Assembly: GCA_963803435.1 (NCBI GenBank)
Contig: CAWDML010000001.1
Coordinates: forward strand, 2,624,001 to 2,688,000
Source of the DNA: an uncultured delta proteobacterium
Lineage (GTDB): Bacteria; Myxococcota; Kuafuiibacteriia; Kuafuiibacteriales; Kuafuiibacteriaceae
Length of the DNA: 64,000 bases
Reading direction: 5' to 3'
Shown here: piece after piece, positions 50,788 through 61,683 of the stretch
Layout of the letters: each line of letters starts with the position of its first letter
Position numbering within the stretch: position 1 is the stretch's first letter
The notes under the pieces: model-generated
Databases searched by the model: none
What the model saw: the letters and a program-made list of their open reading frames with translations, nothing else
What the model was told of the DNA's origin: nothing
Program-made: the position numbers and the translations under genes

Positions 50788-51084
50788 ATGCGTTGGCGTG
50801 CCGGTCTTCGGTTCGTCCGCGTGGAGCTCGGCCTGCTCCTGCTCTACGCGTTCACGCGCTGGCTGTTCGCGATCTCCACCGTCGACGACGGCCTGCTCTC
50901 GCCGGACGGCGGCGTGAGCCTGGGCGTGGTGGGGCTCGGGCTGCTGGTGATCGTGCTTCGGGTCGGTGTGCTCTTCGGCGTGCCTGCGATCCTGGCCTAC
51001 CGGCTCTTGTTCGTGCGGCGCGAGCTCACGCGCGCGACTCTCGAGCCCCCGGCCGCCGGATCAGCACGTACAGGCCTGGGATGA
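50788..51084 (+). CDS. Small membrane protein
   Basis: Two hydrophobic segments; GTGATG coupling to the upstream pseudogene; 3' overlap with the convergent RND gene. Confidence 0.5.
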   Translation: MRWRAGLRFVRVELGLLLLYAFTRWLFAISTVDDGLLSPDGGVSLGVVGLGLLVIVLRVGVLFGVPAILAYRLLFVRRELTRATLEPPAAGSARTGLG

Positions 51085-54000
51085 AGATCGCGTTCACGAA
51101 CGTCGAGACCAGCATCCCGCCGAACACCGTGGTACCGAGCGAGTTGCGCGCGGCCGCTCCGGCGCCCGAAGCCACCATCAGCGGGACCACGCCGAGCAGG
51201 AACGCGATCGAGGTCATCAGGATCGGCCGTAGCCGCACGCCCGCCGCCTCGATCACCGCGTCGACAGGGCTCCTCCCCTGCTCGCGGAGCTGCTCGGCGA
51301 ACTCGACGATCAGGATCGCGTTCTTGCTGGCGAGACCGACGAGCATGACCAGGCCGACCTGGCAGAAGACGTCGTTGGCGAACCCGCGGAGGGCCTGGAG
51401 GGTGAGCGCGCCCATGATCGCGAGCGGCACCGAGAGGATCACCACGAACGGGAGCTTGAAGCTCTCGTACTGCGCCGACAGGACCAGAAACACGAAGATC
51501 AAGCCGAGCGCGAAGATGAGCAGCGTCTGGCTTCCGCTCTCCTTCTGCTCGAGGCTGATGCCGGTCCACTCGTAGCTCATCCCCTGCGGCAACGTCTCCG
51601 CGGCGATCTCGTCCATCGCCGCCAGGGCCTGGCCGGAGGACACACCCGGCGCGCCCTGGCCGTTGATCTCGGCCGAGCGGAAGAGGTTGTAGCGGCGGAC
51701 GATCTGCGCGGAGGTCTTCGGCGTGATCTTCACCAGCGCCTCCAGCGGGATCATGTCGCCGCTCTCGCTCTTCACGTAGAACCCGCCGATGTCGCTGGGG
51801 CTGTCGCGATACCGCTGCTCGGCCTGCACGTACACGCGATAGGTGCGGTTCGCATAGTTGAAGTCGTTGACGTACTGGCTGCCCAGGAGCACCTGGAGCG
51901 TGCCGAACACCTGCTCCAGCGAGATCCCGAGCGCCTTCGCCTTCTGGCGATCGACCTGGATATCCAGGATCGGCGTGTCGGAGGTGAATCCGGTGAAGAT
52001 CCCCCTGAGCCGCGGATCCTGGTTGGCGCGGGCGACCAGCTCGTAGGTGGCGCGGGAGAGGTCGCCGAGCGTGCGGCCCGCCGAGGTGTCCTCCACGACG
52101 AGCTGGAAGCCGCCCACCGTGCCGACGCCGCGGATCGCGGGCGGTTGGAACGGGACCACGCGCGCGCTGCCGATCCGCCCCAGCGGTCCGCGGAGCCTCT
52201 CCACCACGCTCGCCACCGACTGCTCCGGCTTGGTCCGCTCCTCCCAGGGATGCAGCAGCGCGAAGACGGTCGCGAGGTTCGGCCCGGTGCCGCTGAACGT
52301 GAAGCCGCCGACCATGAAGACGACGTTGACCTCGGGGAGCTCGCGAACGACGCCATAGACCTCGTCGAGGACCTTCTTCGTCTGCACCAGCGAGGTACCT
52401 TCGGGCGCCTGCACCGAGATGATCACGTAGCCCTGGTCCTCGTCCGGGATGAAGCCGGTCGGCACCGACCGGAGCAGCAGGACGGTCGCGAGCACGCAGA
52501 CCAGGAACGCCCCCAGGATGGCGAGCGGGCGCCGGAGGATCCGCCGGAGCGCGGCGGCGTAGCGTCGGCGGGTCCAGTCGAGGGCGCGATCGATCTGTCG
52601 AAACACGATCCACTTCTCGCCGTGGTCGTGCTTCAGCACGAGCGCGCTGAGCGCCGGCGTGAGCGTGAGCGCGCAGAACGTGGAGAGCCCGACCGACGCG
52701 GCGATCGTCAGCGCGAACTGCCGGTAGATCGAGCCGGTGGTCCCGGGGAACAGCGCGACCGGGACGAACACCGCGATCAGCACGATCGAGATCGCGACCA
52801 CCGCACCCGCGACCTCCCGCATCCCCTCCGAGGTCGCCTGCGCCGCAGGCAGCTTCCGCTGCACCATGATGCGCTCGATGTTCTCGATGACCACGATGGC
52901 GTCATCGACCACCAACCCGGTGGCGAGCGTGAGCCCGAAGAGCGTGAGCGTGTTGATCGAGAAGCCGAACAAGCGCACGAACGCAAAGGTCCCGATCAAC
53001 GATACCGGGAGCGTCAGCGCGGTGATGAGCACGCTGCGCCAACCGTGCAGGAACAGGAAGATCACCAGGATCACCAGCGCGATCGCCTCCGAGAGCGTCT
53101 TGACCACCTCGTCGATGGAGGCGCGCACGGCGAGGGTGGTGTCGGACCCGGCCTTGAACTCGACGCCTTGCGGAAAGTCCTTGGCCAGGCGATCCATCTC
53201 GCGCATCACCGCGTCGCGGACGTCGAGCGCGTTGGCCGTGGGCAGCTGGAAGATGCCGATGCCGACGCCGGCCCGGCCGTTGAACTCGAGGAGCTGCCCG
53301 TAGTTCTCGGCCCCCAGCTCGGCGCGGGCGACGTCTGAGAGGCGCACGACGCTTCCGTCGGGTCCGCGGCTGAGCACGATCTGCTCGAACTCCTCGGGCT
53401 CGACCAACCGGCCCTCGGCCTGAAGCGCGATCTGGTACTTCTGGTTGCTGTCGGCTGGAGGCGAGCCGACCTGTCCCGCGGCGACCTGGACGTTCTGCTC
53501 CTGAAGCGCGCGCACCACGTCCTGGGTGGTGAGCCGCCGCTTCGCCAGCGCGATCGGGTCGAGCCAGATGCGCATGGAGAACTTGCGTTCGCCGAAGATG
53601 CGAACCTCACCGACGCCCCTCACGCGCTTGAGCGCGTCCTTCAGGTAGACGTCGGCATAGTTGCTGAGGAACTTCGGATCGTAGCGCTCGTCCGGGCAGT
53701 AGAGGCCAAACGCGATCAACAGCTGCGTCGAGGCCTTGTTGACGACGATGCCCGCCTGGTTGACCTGGGCCGGAAGCCGGGCGGCCGCGCGGCTCACCCG
53801 GTTCTGTACGTCCACCGCGGCGACGTCGAGATCGCGCGTCGGCTCGAAGGTGATGACGATGTTACTGATGCCCTCGTTGCTGCTGGTGGAGGAGATGTAC
53901 TTCATCCCCTCCACGCCGTTGAGCTCCTGCTCGAGCGGCAGCGTCACCGCCGTCTCCACCACCTCCGAGCTGGCGCCGACGTAGACGGCCGTGACGCTCA

Positions 54001-54130
54001 CGGTGGGCGGCGCCAGATCCGGGTACTGAGCGATCGGGAGGGTGGGGATGACCAGCGCACCGGCGAGCGTCACCACGATGCAGCAGACGGAGGCGAACAC
54101 CGGTCGTCGGATGAAGAAGTCGACGAACAC
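51026..54130 (-). CDS. RND efflux permease (AcrB/MexF-type)
   Basis: FFIRRPVFA, GLVVDDAIVVIEN, KNAILIVEFA, RLRPILMTS. Confidence 0.95.
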   Translation of the reverse strand: MFVDFFIRRPVFASVCCIVVTLAGALVIPTLPIAQYPDLAPPTVSVTAVYVGASSEVVETAVTLPLEQELNGVEGMKYISSTSSNEGISNIVITFEPTRDLDVAAVDVQNRVSRAAARLPAQVNQAGIVVNKASTQLLIAFGLYCPDERYDPKFLSNYADVYLKDALKRVRGVGEVRIFGERKFSMRIWLDPIALAKRRLTTQDVVRALQEQNVQVAAGQVGSPPADSNQKYQIALQAEGRLVEPEEFEQIVLSRGPDGSVVRLSDVARAELGAENYGQLLEFNGRAGVGIGIFQLPTANALDVRDAVMREMDRLAKDFPQGVEFKAGSDTTLAVRASIDEVVKTLSEAIALVILVIFLFLHGWRSVLITALTLPVSLIGTFAFVRLFGFSINTLTLFGLTLATGLVVDDAIVVIENIERIMVQRKLPAAQATSEGMREVAGAVVAISIVLIAVFVPVALFPGTTGSIYRQFALTIAASVGLSTFCALTLTPALSALVLKHDHGEKWIVFRQIDRALDWTRRRYAAALRRILRRPLAILGAFLVCVLATVLLLRSVPTGFIPDEDQGYVIISVQAPEGTSLVQTKKVLDEVYGVVRELPEVNVVFMVGGFTFSGTGPNLATVFALLHPWEERTKPEQSVASVVERLRGPLGRIGSARVVPFQPPAIRGVGTVGGFQLVVEDTSAGRTLGDLSRATYELVARANQDPRLRGIFTGFTSDTPILDIQVDRQKAKALGISLEQVFGTLQVLLGSQYVNDFNYANRTYRVYVQAEQRYRDSPSDIGGFYVKSESGDMIPLEALVKITPKTSAQIVRRYNLFRSAEINGQGAPGVSSGQALAAMDEIAAETLPQGMSYEWTGISLEQKESGSQTLLIFALGLIFVFLVLSAQYESFKLPFVVILSVPLAIMGALTLQALRGFANDVFCQVGLVMLVGLASKNAILIVEFAEQLREQGRSPVDAVIEAAGVRLRPILMTSIAFLLGVVPLMVASGAGAAARNSLGTTVFGGMLVSTFVNAIFIPGLYVLIRRPGARESRA

Positions 54131-54134
54131 CTGA

Positions 54135-55214
54135 TCAACCTGCCTGCTTCACGATGATCGGCGCGCCGTCGCGCAGCGACTGCAGAGAAGAGGTCGCGAT
54201 CCGATCCCCTTCCTTGAGTCCACCCTCGACCACGTAGGAGGTATCGCCGAGCGCACCGAGAGACACGGGGCGTCTCTCCACCACCAGCTTGCCGTCCTTC
54301 TCGAGCACCACGAACACGAACGGCTGCCCGCTCTGCCGCACCACCGCGAGCGCCGGGACCTGGAGCGCCTTCCGCGTCGAATAGACCACGCGGGCCCGCA
54401 CCAACTCGCTCGGGCGCAGCCGGACGGTGTTCTGGAAGACCGCCTTCACCTCGACCAGCTGGGAGCGCGGATCCGCCTCCGGCGCGACGAAGAAGATCGG
54501 ACTGGTGAGGAGAACCTCATCCTCCTCGTCGAGGATCTCGACGACCGTGTCGGGCGCGATCTCCCGCGCGCGCTGTGCCGGGATCCAGACGGTCAGCTCG
54601 AGCACGTCCGCCTGCGCGATGCTGGTGATCTGGGTGGTGGCGGTGACGAAGTCCCCCACGCGGGCCTGGACGTTGCCGACCACGCCGGGTACCGCCGCGC
54701 GGATCACGTGATACTGGAGCTGGACCTGGCGCTGCGAGACCATCGCGTCGGCGGCGCGGGCGGCCGCCTTGGCCGCCTCCACGTCCGCCCGGCTCCGCTC
54801 GATCTCCTCCGCGGTGGCCAGGCCCTCCTTGTAGAGCGCCTCGGCCCGGTCGCGCGTCCGCTTCGCCAGCTCGAGCTGGGCTCCGGCCGACTCCCGCTGC
54901 GCGTTCGCGGAGTCGAGCGCCGCGGTCTCCTCCCGCGCGTCGACCTCGATCAACGGGGCCCCGGCCTCCACCCGGTCGCCCGGCCGCACGTGGATCTTGC
55001 GGATGTAACCGGCCACCTGGGGGAGGACGGTGACGCTCGCGCGGGAGAGGAGCGAGCCCAGATATGCGCCCGTGTCGCGCACGTCGGTGGGAGCCAGCGC
55101 GAGCACCTCGACCTCGCGCGGAGGGGGCGCCGCGGGCGGACCGTGCCCCGCGCCGTCGCACGCCAAATCCAGGAGCAGGGCACCTGCCCACATCGCCGCG
55201 ATCAACCTTCGCAT
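54135..55214 (-). CDS. RND periplasmic adaptor (membrane fusion protein)
   Basis: Lipoyl-hybrid PQVAGYI..VRPGDRV, hairpin, GLKEGDRI. Confidence 0.92.
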   Translation of the reverse strand: MRRLIAAMWAGALLLDLACDGAGHGPPAAPPPREVEVLALAPTDVRDTGAYLGSLLSRASVTVLPQVAGYIRKIHVRPGDRVEAGAPLIEVDAREETAALDSANAQRESAGAQLELAKRTRDRAEALYKEGLATAEEIERSRADVEAAKAAARAADAMVSQRQVQLQYHVIRAAVPGVVGNVQARVGDFVTATTQITSIAQADVLELTVWIPAQRAREIAPDTVVEILDEEDEVLLTSPIFFVAPEADPRSQLVEVKAVFQNTVRLRPSELVRARVVYSTRKALQVPALAVVRQSGQPFVFVVLEKDGKLVVERRPVSLGALGDTSYVVEGGLKEGDRIATSSLQSLRDGAPIIVKQAG

Positions 55215-56572
55215 CGAGCCTCCGTGAGAAATGCGTCGAGCCGGGCCTGCACCCACTCGAACTCGCGCAGCGCCAGGTTCAGCTCCGCTTGTCTCAGCAC
55301 GGCCGCGGTCTGGACCAGCTCGAGGCTGGAGGCGCGCCCCATCTCGAAGGACCGTCGCGTCAGCGCGTCCGTCCGGGCCGCCAGATCCCTCGCATCCGTG
55401 GCGGCATCGACGAGCATCTTCGCCACCTCCTCGGCGCGCCGCGATCGCGCGACCTCGACCTCGATCGAGCGCCGCAGCGCTTCAGTTGCCTGCGCGACCT
55501 GTTCCCTGAAGCCCTCGCGCTCCTCGACCTGGCCTTCCCGGAGCCCGCCCTCCCAGAGCGGGAACGAGAGGATCGCCGAGATGCTCCAGGTCGCAAATCG
55601 GCCGGGCCCTGGGTCGGTGGTCAAGGCGAAGACGCTGCTGTTCACCCCCAGGCGGGGGAGATAGCCGGCCGAGGCCTGCTTTCGCCCCTCCTCCGCCGCG
55701 TCGAGCTGCGCCTGAGCCGAGACCAGATCGGACCGCGTCTCGGAGGGACCGAGCGGCTGGCAGTGCTTGCGGGTCTCCTCGACCAGACCCTCCAGCGCGA
55801 ACGCGTGCGTCACGCCCACCTCGCCGGGCACGCCGAGCAGCTCGCCGAGCGCCTCGCGCGTCCGCCTCAGCTGCTCGTCACCGAGGATCACGGCCGTGCG
55901 GGCGACCGCCACGTCCTGGCGCACCCGAACCACGTCGAGCTTGGTGGCCGCGCCCAGCTCGAACGTGCGGCCGGTCAGCGCGACCCGCTCGAGGGCCTGG
56001 CGCAGGCCGACCCGGTTGATCTCGGCCGCCCGCTCCGCCGCGACCACTGCGATCAGCGACTGCGCGAGGCCCTGTGTGACGCGGCGCTGGACGTCGAACA
56101 GGTGGGCCCGAGCGCTGCGCTCGCCCGCCGCCGCCGCGCCCAGCCCGCGCCAGGCGGACAAATCCACGACGGACTGCTCGACGGAGATCGCAGCGGTCGC
56201 GACCGGGCTGGTGGGCGTGCGATCGCTCGCCGCCACCGCCGCGCCTCCACCGGTCAGCACGGCGATGTCCGGATTGAGCAGATCGTAGGCGGCGACCAGC
56301 GCGACGCCCGCGTTGGGGAGCAGCACCGAGAGCGACTGCCGCCAGGAGCCCTCTGCGCGCTGGAGGCCCGCCTCCGCGCTGCGAAGCTCCGTCGACTGGC
56401 GCCGGAGCATCGCCTCCGCCTGGTCCCAGGTCGCGATCTCCTGGGACGCGCGCGCCACCGGAGCCACCAGCGGATCGCTGAGCTCGACCTCGAACGGTCG
56501 GGGCGGCGCCAGCGTCGACGTCGGCACTTCGGCCGGCCCGGCCAGCAGCAAGACGATCGGAACGGTCCACAT
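55202..56572 (-). CDS. TolC-family outer-membrane efflux protein
   Basis: Two OEP repeats (FELGAATKLDV; FPLWEGG; FEMGRASSLELVQ). Confidence 0.88.
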   Translation of the reverse strand: MWTVPIVLLLAGPAEVPTSTLAPPRPFEVELSDPLVAPVARASQEIATWDQAEAMLRRQSTELRSAEAGLQRAEGSWRQSLSVLLPNAGVALVAAYDLLNPDIAVLTGGGAAVAASDRTPTSPVATAAISVEQSVVDLSAWRGLGAAAAGERSARAHLFDVQRRVTQGLAQSLIAVVAAERAAEINRVGLRQALERVALTGRTFELGAATKLDVVRVRQDVAVARTAVILGDEQLRRTREALGELLGVPGEVGVTHAFALEGLVEETRKHCQPLGPSETRSDLVSAQAQLDAAEEGRKQASAGYLPRLGVNSSVFALTTDPGPGRFATWSISAILSFPLWEGGLREGQVEEREGFREQVAQATEALRRSIEVEVARSRRAEEVAKMLVDAATDARDLAARTDALTRRSFEMGRASSLELVQTAAVLRQAELNLALREFEWVQARLDAFLTEARCEG

Positions 56573-56631
56573 CCGCCGGCTCCCGAAGTAGTTGGCAATA
56601 GTTGTGAAAGTCAAATAGCGTCGCGAGCGGG

Positions 56632-57057
56632 ATGAAGGTCGTCGAGGACTTCGGTCGCCTGTGCCGGACCATCCATCGCAGAATGGTCCATCGGGTTGCC
56701 CTGAAGTCGAGCCGCCCCTACCAGCAGCTCCGCGCCCTCCGCGCCCTCGAGCAGGAGAAGATCGAGACCCAGAATGCGCTGGCCGAACGCCTCTGTATCG
56801 ACGCGCCGGCCACCAGCCGTCTGGTCCGCCACCTCGAGACCGCCCGCCTCCTCCGGCGCCACCCCGGCGAGGACAAACGTTGCGTTCGACTCGAGGTGAC
56901 CCGCAAGGCCCAGCGCGAGGTGGAGACCCTGAGCCAGACCCTCGAGTGGATGAACCGGGAGGTGAAGCGCCACCTCACCGTCTCGGAGGTGAAGGCCTTC
57001 GCGCGGATCCTGGCCAAGCTGAACCGGGCCCTGGAGGACGAGGTCGAAGAGGAGTGA
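56632..57057 (+). CDS. MarR-family transcriptional regulator
   Basis: TQNALAERLCIDAPATSRLVRHLE...EDKR; divergent from the efflux operon. Confidence 0.88.
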   Translation: MKVVEDFGRLCRTIHRRMVHRVALKSSRPYQQLRALRALEQEKIETQNALAERLCIDAPATSRLVRHLETARLLRRHPGEDKRCVRLEVTRKAQREVETLSQTLEWMNREVKRHLTVSEVKAFARILAKLNRALEDEVEEE

Positions 57058-57059
57058 GG

Positions 57060-58325
57060 TCAGCCCGCGAAGCCCGGACGGCGAGCGCGGGGCCCGAAGG
57101 AGCGCGTGCCGCGGCTCGAGCGCTGCCGCCGGCCGCCCATTCGCGACGCCGGCGGTGCCTCGGCCTGGGCCGCCTTCGCCGAGGGCGAGAGGTGGTACGG
57201 GTGGTCGGAGAACACCGTGAGCTGCTGGCGGATCAACCGCTCGATGCTGCGAAGATACGGCTGCTCGTCGGCGTCGCAGAAGGAGATCGCCGCGCCCTCG
57301 GCGCCAGCGCGGGCCGTCCGGCCGATCCGATGCACGTAGCTCTCGGGCTCATTCGGAAGATCGTAGTTGATCACGTGGGTGATGCCTTCGACGTCGATTC
57401 CACGCGCCGCGATGTCGGTCGCCACCAGCACGCGCACCCGACCCCGCTTGAAGGCGTCGAGCGCCCGCTGCCGTGCGCCCTGTGATTTGTTGCCGTGGAT
57501 CGCCTCGGCCGGCACCTTGATCGCGCCGAGCTGTTTCGCGACTTGATTGGCGCCCCGCTTGGTCCGGGTGAAGACGAGCGCACGGTTGATCCGCGGATCG
57601 CTCAGGAGCTCGCCGAGGAGCGCGCGCTTGTCGCCACGTCGCACGAACAGGACCCGCTGGTCGATCCGATCGGCCGTCGCCGAGATCGGCGCGACCGCCA
57701 CCCGGATCGGATCGATGAGGAGATCCGAGGCGAGGCGGGCGATCGCATCCGGCATCGTCGCCGAGAACAGCAACGACTGCTTCTTCTTGGGGAGGAAGGA
57801 GAGGATGCGCTCCACGTCGCGGATGAAGCCCATGTCGAGCATCCGATCGGCCTCGTCGAGAACCGCGATCTCCACCTGATCGAGCTGGATGTGTCCTTGA
57901 CCGATGAGGTCGAGGAGCCGGCCCGGCGTCGCCACCAGCACCTCCACGCCTCGCCGCATCGCGGCCACCTGGGGCCGCTGGCCGACACCGCCGTAGATGA
58001 CGGTGTGGCCAATCTCGGTGAAGCGGCCGTATGCGCCGAAGCTGTCGTCGATCTGCGCCGCCAGCTCTCGCGTGGGGGTCAACACGAGCGCCCGCGGTCG
58101 CCGCGGCTGCGCGCGCTTGCCGCGGCTGAGATGCTGGAGGATGGGGAGGGCGAAGGCGGCGGTCTTGCCGGTCCCGGTCTGCGCGCAACCGAGGAGGTCG
58201 CGGCCCTTCAGCACGTGGGGGATCGCTTCGCTTTGAATGGGGGTCGGGGTCTCGTAGCCTTCGGCACGGATCGCCCGGAGAAGGGGCTCGATGAGCCCGA
58301 GCTCGGAGAAATTTTTGTCTGTCAT
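57060..58325 (-). CDS. rhlE: DEAD-box RNA helicase RhlE
   Basis: [45 protein letters not shown]. Confidence 0.9.
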   Translation of the reverse strand: MTDKNFSELGLIEPLLRAIRAEGYETPTPIQSEAIPHVLKGRDLLGCAQTGTGKTAAFALPILQHLSRGKRAQPRRPRALVLTPTRELAAQIDDSFGAYGRFTEIGHTVIYGGVGQRPQVAAMRRGVEVLVATPGRLLDLIGQGHIQLDQVEIAVLDEADRMLDMGFIRDVERILSFLPKKKQSLLFSATMPDAIARLASDLLIDPIRVAVAPISATADRIDQRVLFVRRGDKRALLGELLSDPRINRALVFTRTKRGANQVAKQLGAIKVPAEAIHGNKSQGARQRALDAFKRGRVRVLVATDIAARGIDVEGITHVINYDLPNEPESYVHRIGRTARAGAEGAAISFCDADEQPYLRSIERLIRQQLTVFSDHPYHLSPSAKAAQAEAPPASRMGGRRQRSSRGTRSFGPRARRPGFAG

Positions 58326-58580
58326 TCCTGTCCTGCGACCCGCCCGCGCGATGAGGGGCCCGCGGTTCAACTCTCGGATGGTGACGGGTCGGAGGGAGTG
58401 CCAATGACGCGCTTCGCGCGATCGCGAGAGGATGTTTCTCCGGCAGTTGGACCCGTCTGGCGTGCCATGTCAAGAAAACTTGCAATTCGGGGATCGAAAT
58501 CGAACGGTTGCGGGCAACCACCGCCGGCGCAGCGGGTGAAAGCCGGACCCGCCGGTGGCCACGGGCGGTATCGAGGCGTC

Positions 58581-59436
58581 ATGCGCTCGCTGCTCGCGCT
58601 CATGCTGCTCATCGTCCCGGCGGAGGCGTACGCCGTTCCAGCGCCGCCTCAGTGCCCCTGGATGTTCGGTTTCGTCGATCCGCTCCAGCCGATCACGGGC
58701 GATGGGCTCGCGCCGAACAGCTCGATCTGGCTGAGGGACTACGGCTCCCACACCTTCGCAGTCTTCGACGCCGATCGCGACGTCGAGGTCGAATCGGAGG
58801 AGACGCGGACGCTGCTCACCGCGACACAGGGCGCGCTGGTCCAGCTCCGGCCGCTCGCCGGCTTTCGCACCGGCGCCCGCTACGAGGTGCGCTCCGACGC
58901 CGTGAATCCGGGGCCGCTGGTCGTCGACACGGCCACCGACACCGAGGCGCCCGCGCCGCCGGTGGTGACCGCGACCCGGAACATCACCAGCCCGTACGAC
59001 CTCTGCGCGACGGCCGGCATCATCTTCGAGGTGACGCCGCCGGACGAGCCGGTCATCGAGCTGCTCGAGGACGCGAGCAGCGGAGCGCTGCTCGAGAATC
59101 GGCGTGGGCTATCGCGGGATCTCTCCGAACCTGACGGTGCCCGCGCTCGCGAACATGCCTCTGTCCGTGCGGGTGGTGGCGATGGATCTGGCCGGCAATC
59201 GCTCGGAGGCGACCGACACGTTCACGCTCGATTCGGGGAGCACCCCCGTGATCCAGGGCCGGCCGGGCGGCGGACCGCTCGGCGATAGCCCAGACGGCGG
59301 TTGCCGGTGCGTGCGATCCCAGACGAACGCGGCGGGGCCGCTGTTGCTGCTCGGAATGCTGTTGCTGCTGAAGCGCCCGCGGCGGCTCAGTCCTTCGGGT
59401 GCAGCAGCTGAAAGACGAGCTTCATCCCGCCGATGA
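58581..59436 (+). CDS. Exported protein with MYXO-CTERM-like sorting tail (frameshift near 59100)
   Basis: Signal peptide MRSLLALMLLIVPAEAYA, Ig/FN3-like DTEAP...AMDLAGN, tail DGGCRCV...LLLLGMLLLLKRPRR. Confidence 0.65.
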
Positions 59437-60244
59437 TCCGAGGCCCGGGCCGGAACAGCCCGCCGAGCTCCACCGCATGCACGCGCCCGTGCTTCACCGC
59501 CGGGATGGTGCTGAAGCGCGCCCACGGCTTCGGGCCGGCCAGCCCGTGGACCTCGGAGGCGTCGATGATCACGTCGGGCTGCGCCACCACCAGCTGCTCG
59601 GCCGACCAGTGCGGGTACGCGCCGCCGGCGGCAGCCCCGACCACGTTCCTTCCGTTGAGCGCCGCCACGATGGTGTCGGCGAAGCTCCCCGGCCCGGCCA
59701 CCACGAGCGGATTCCATCCGTAGATGACGGCCACCTTGACCGGCGGGAGCCGCGCCGCCTTCTTGGAGAGCTGCAACAGCGCGGCGATGATGTCCCGCTC
59801 CAGATCCTTTCCCCGCTTGGCGGCGTCCTCTCCCAGCACGGGACCGACGCCGCGGATCGCGTGGAAGACGTCCGCGAAGCTGTTGCCGGGCACCACCAAC
59901 ACGGGCACGCCCAGCTCGGCGATCCGCTCCAGCGCGGGACGGTTCCCTGCGTTCGGTACCCCGATCACCAGGTCGGGCGAGAGGGCGATGATCGCCTCCG
60001 GGTTGGGGTCCAGGAAGCCGCCGATCTTGGGTAGCTTCGCCACCGCGGGCGGATAGTCGTCGTAGCGCGAGACGCCGACCACGCGGCGGCCCGCGCCCAG
60101 CGCGAAGATCAGCTCCGTCACGCTGGGCGCCACCGTCACGATCCGCTCGATCGCCTTCGGCCGCGCCTTCGAGAGCCACTGCGTCTCGACGCTGGGAGGA
60201 TCCGTCCAGGGCACACCGGCGAGGAGGAGGAGGAATGCGATCAT
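59387..60244 (-). CDS. btuF: Cobalamin/heme-type helical-backbone periplasmic binding protein (BtuF-like)
   Basis: RIVTVAPSVTELIFALG, DYP, EAIIALSPDLV, RPGPR; riboswitch-controlled operon. Confidence 0.8.
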   Translation of the reverse strand: MIAFLLLLAGVPWTDPPSVETQWLSKARPKAIERIVTVAPSVTELIFALGAGRRVVGVSRYDDYPPAVAKLPKIGGFLDPNPEAIIALSPDLVIGVPNAGNRPALERIAELGVPVLVVPGNSFADVFHAIRGVGPVLGEDAAKRGKDLERDIIAALLQLSKKAARLPPVKVAVIYGWNPLVVAGPGSFADTIVAALNGRNVVGAAAGGAYPHWSAEQLVVAQPDVIIDASEVHGLAGPKPWARFSTIPAVKHGRVHAVELGGLFRPGPRIIGGMKLVFQLLHPKD

Positions 60245-61683
60245 GGTCCCAGCACCTTTCTGAGCTCGATCGGCACCAGCTCCGAGGCGATCCCCATCAG
60301 CGCCAGCAGATCGGGGCCCACGAAGTCGACGCCGCGCCGGCCCGGTCGCCGCGCCACGATCTGGAGCCCGTCGAATACGGGACGCCCCGGTCCGATCACG
60401 AGCGGCGAGAAGAACGGTGCTGGATCGAGCTCACCCGTCCGCGCGTCGAGGATGTGCAGGAGGTCGGTGTCGAAGGACGGGACACCGACGAGCCCGCCTC
60501 CGAGATCGACCAGACGAAAGACGCTATCGACGGCCTCGTCGTTGAGCGCCACCTCCTCCGTCGTTTCACCCGATCGAAGCTGGAGGCGCGCGCTCGCCAG
60601 CGAAGCCACCACGATCCGGCCCGCCGCGATCAACGCGGAGCCGGGCGCGAAGTCACCCAGACCGATCCGATCGGTCACCGCGAGCGTCACCGGATCGAAG
60701 AACGTGAGGGCACCCTCGCTCAGCGGATGCACACCGTCGCGCTGATCGATGATCCCGGAGCTCACCGCCAGCCCGCGCCCGTCGTCCAGAATGCGGAGCT
60801 CCTGCGGGTCGAGCGCGTCGAGGATCAACAGCAGCGGCGCAGCGTCCAGGTCGTCGAGCGACCACGACGCGATCACGCTCGGCACGAACACCGGGCCGCG
60901 CTCGCCGTCGAGCCGCCGCGAGACGAAGCCGGTATACGCGACCAGGAGGCGATCGCCTGCGGTCGCCATGGCCTGCGGCGCGCGGGCGGTGAACCGCTCC
61001 ACCTCGGTCTCCGGCGTGCCGTCTCCGTCGACGTCGGCCGGGCGCGACAGCGGGAAGGGCCGCTCGAGCACGACCGTGGGCGGTGCCAGGGAACGCTCGA
61101 CCGTCCCCGCCGCCAGATCGATCAGCTGCACGCGGCCGCGATCGAAGTCCGAGACCGCGATCCGGCGGCGCTCGGCATCGATCACCGCGGCGAAGAACGG
61201 CCGCCCCTCGGTCCGCACGCCCTGGTCCGAGAGGCCTCGGGAGAGATCCACCACGCTGACGCCGGCGTCGCCCGAACGGACCAGGACGCCGTACGCGCCC
61301 TCCCCCGCGCCCGCGATCACCAGATCGTTCGGGAGGCTCCCAGCGCCGGCCAGCACCGGCCGCACCGCCTCCTCCCGCGCGCGATTCGGCTGGCGGAGCC
61401 GATACTCGAGCCCGGCATCCAGCCGCAGCGGATCGTCGCCGGACAGCAGCACGCGAAAGCGCCCATCAGCGTCGGGCACGATCGTCTGATCGCCGGCGCG
61501 GATCGGCCCCTGGAGCGCGCCGTCGAACCCGCCGAAGAGCGCGCCACCGTCCGTCTTCACGTAGTACGTGAGCTCCGGGCGCACGCCGGGCACGTCGGGG
61601 ATCGGCCCCTCCAACGGCCGTGCTGTGTCCGTCCCGCCGCACGCGGCCGCCAGCCCGAGCACCACGATCGCGCGGCGACTCAC
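60241..61683 (-). CDS. Lipoprotein, predicted beta-propeller (YncE/BtuG-like) in the B12 operon
   Basis: Lipobox AAAC; repeated beta-blade-like segments; lies between the TBDR and BtuF genes. Confidence 0.6.
   Translation of the reverse strand: MSRRAIVVLGLAAACGGTDTARPLEGPIPDVPGVRPELTYYVKTDGGALFGGFDGALQGPIRAGDQTIVPDADGRFRVLLSGDDPLRLDAGLEYRLRQPNRAREEAVRPVLAGAGSLPNDLVIAGAGEGAYGVLVRSGDAGVSVVDLSRGLSDQGVRTEGRPFFAAVIDAERRRIAVSDFDRGRVQLIDLAAGTVERSLAPPTVVLERPFPLSRPADVDGDGTPETEVERFTARAPQAMATAGDRLLVAYTGFVSRRLDGERGPVFVPSVIASWSLDDLDAAPLLLILDALDPQELRILDDGRGLAVSSGIIDQRDGVHPLSEGALTFFDPVTLAVTDRIGLGDFAPGSALIAAGRIVVASLASARLQLRSGETTEEVALNDEAVDSVFRLVDLGGGLVGVPSFDTDLLHILDARTGELDPAPFFSPLVIGPGRPVFDGLQIVARRPGRRGVDFVGPDLLALMGIASELVPIELRKVLGP

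Larger units (their letters stand above)
49589..50790 (+). pseudogene. Linalool-dehydratase-like/hypothetical gene disrupted by an IS remnant and a deletion
   Basis: N-part runs to ~50105; C-part resumes at CTAG 50410 (LAAYFAG...IREYG...DVDSGPVILG..SATGF), with a further frameshift near 50700. Confidence 0.5.

Noticed and set aside
56590-56620. MarR operator (ATAGTTG-N7-CAAATAG)
   Set aside because: Plausible position but only an imperfect palindrome; too weak to report as a feature.
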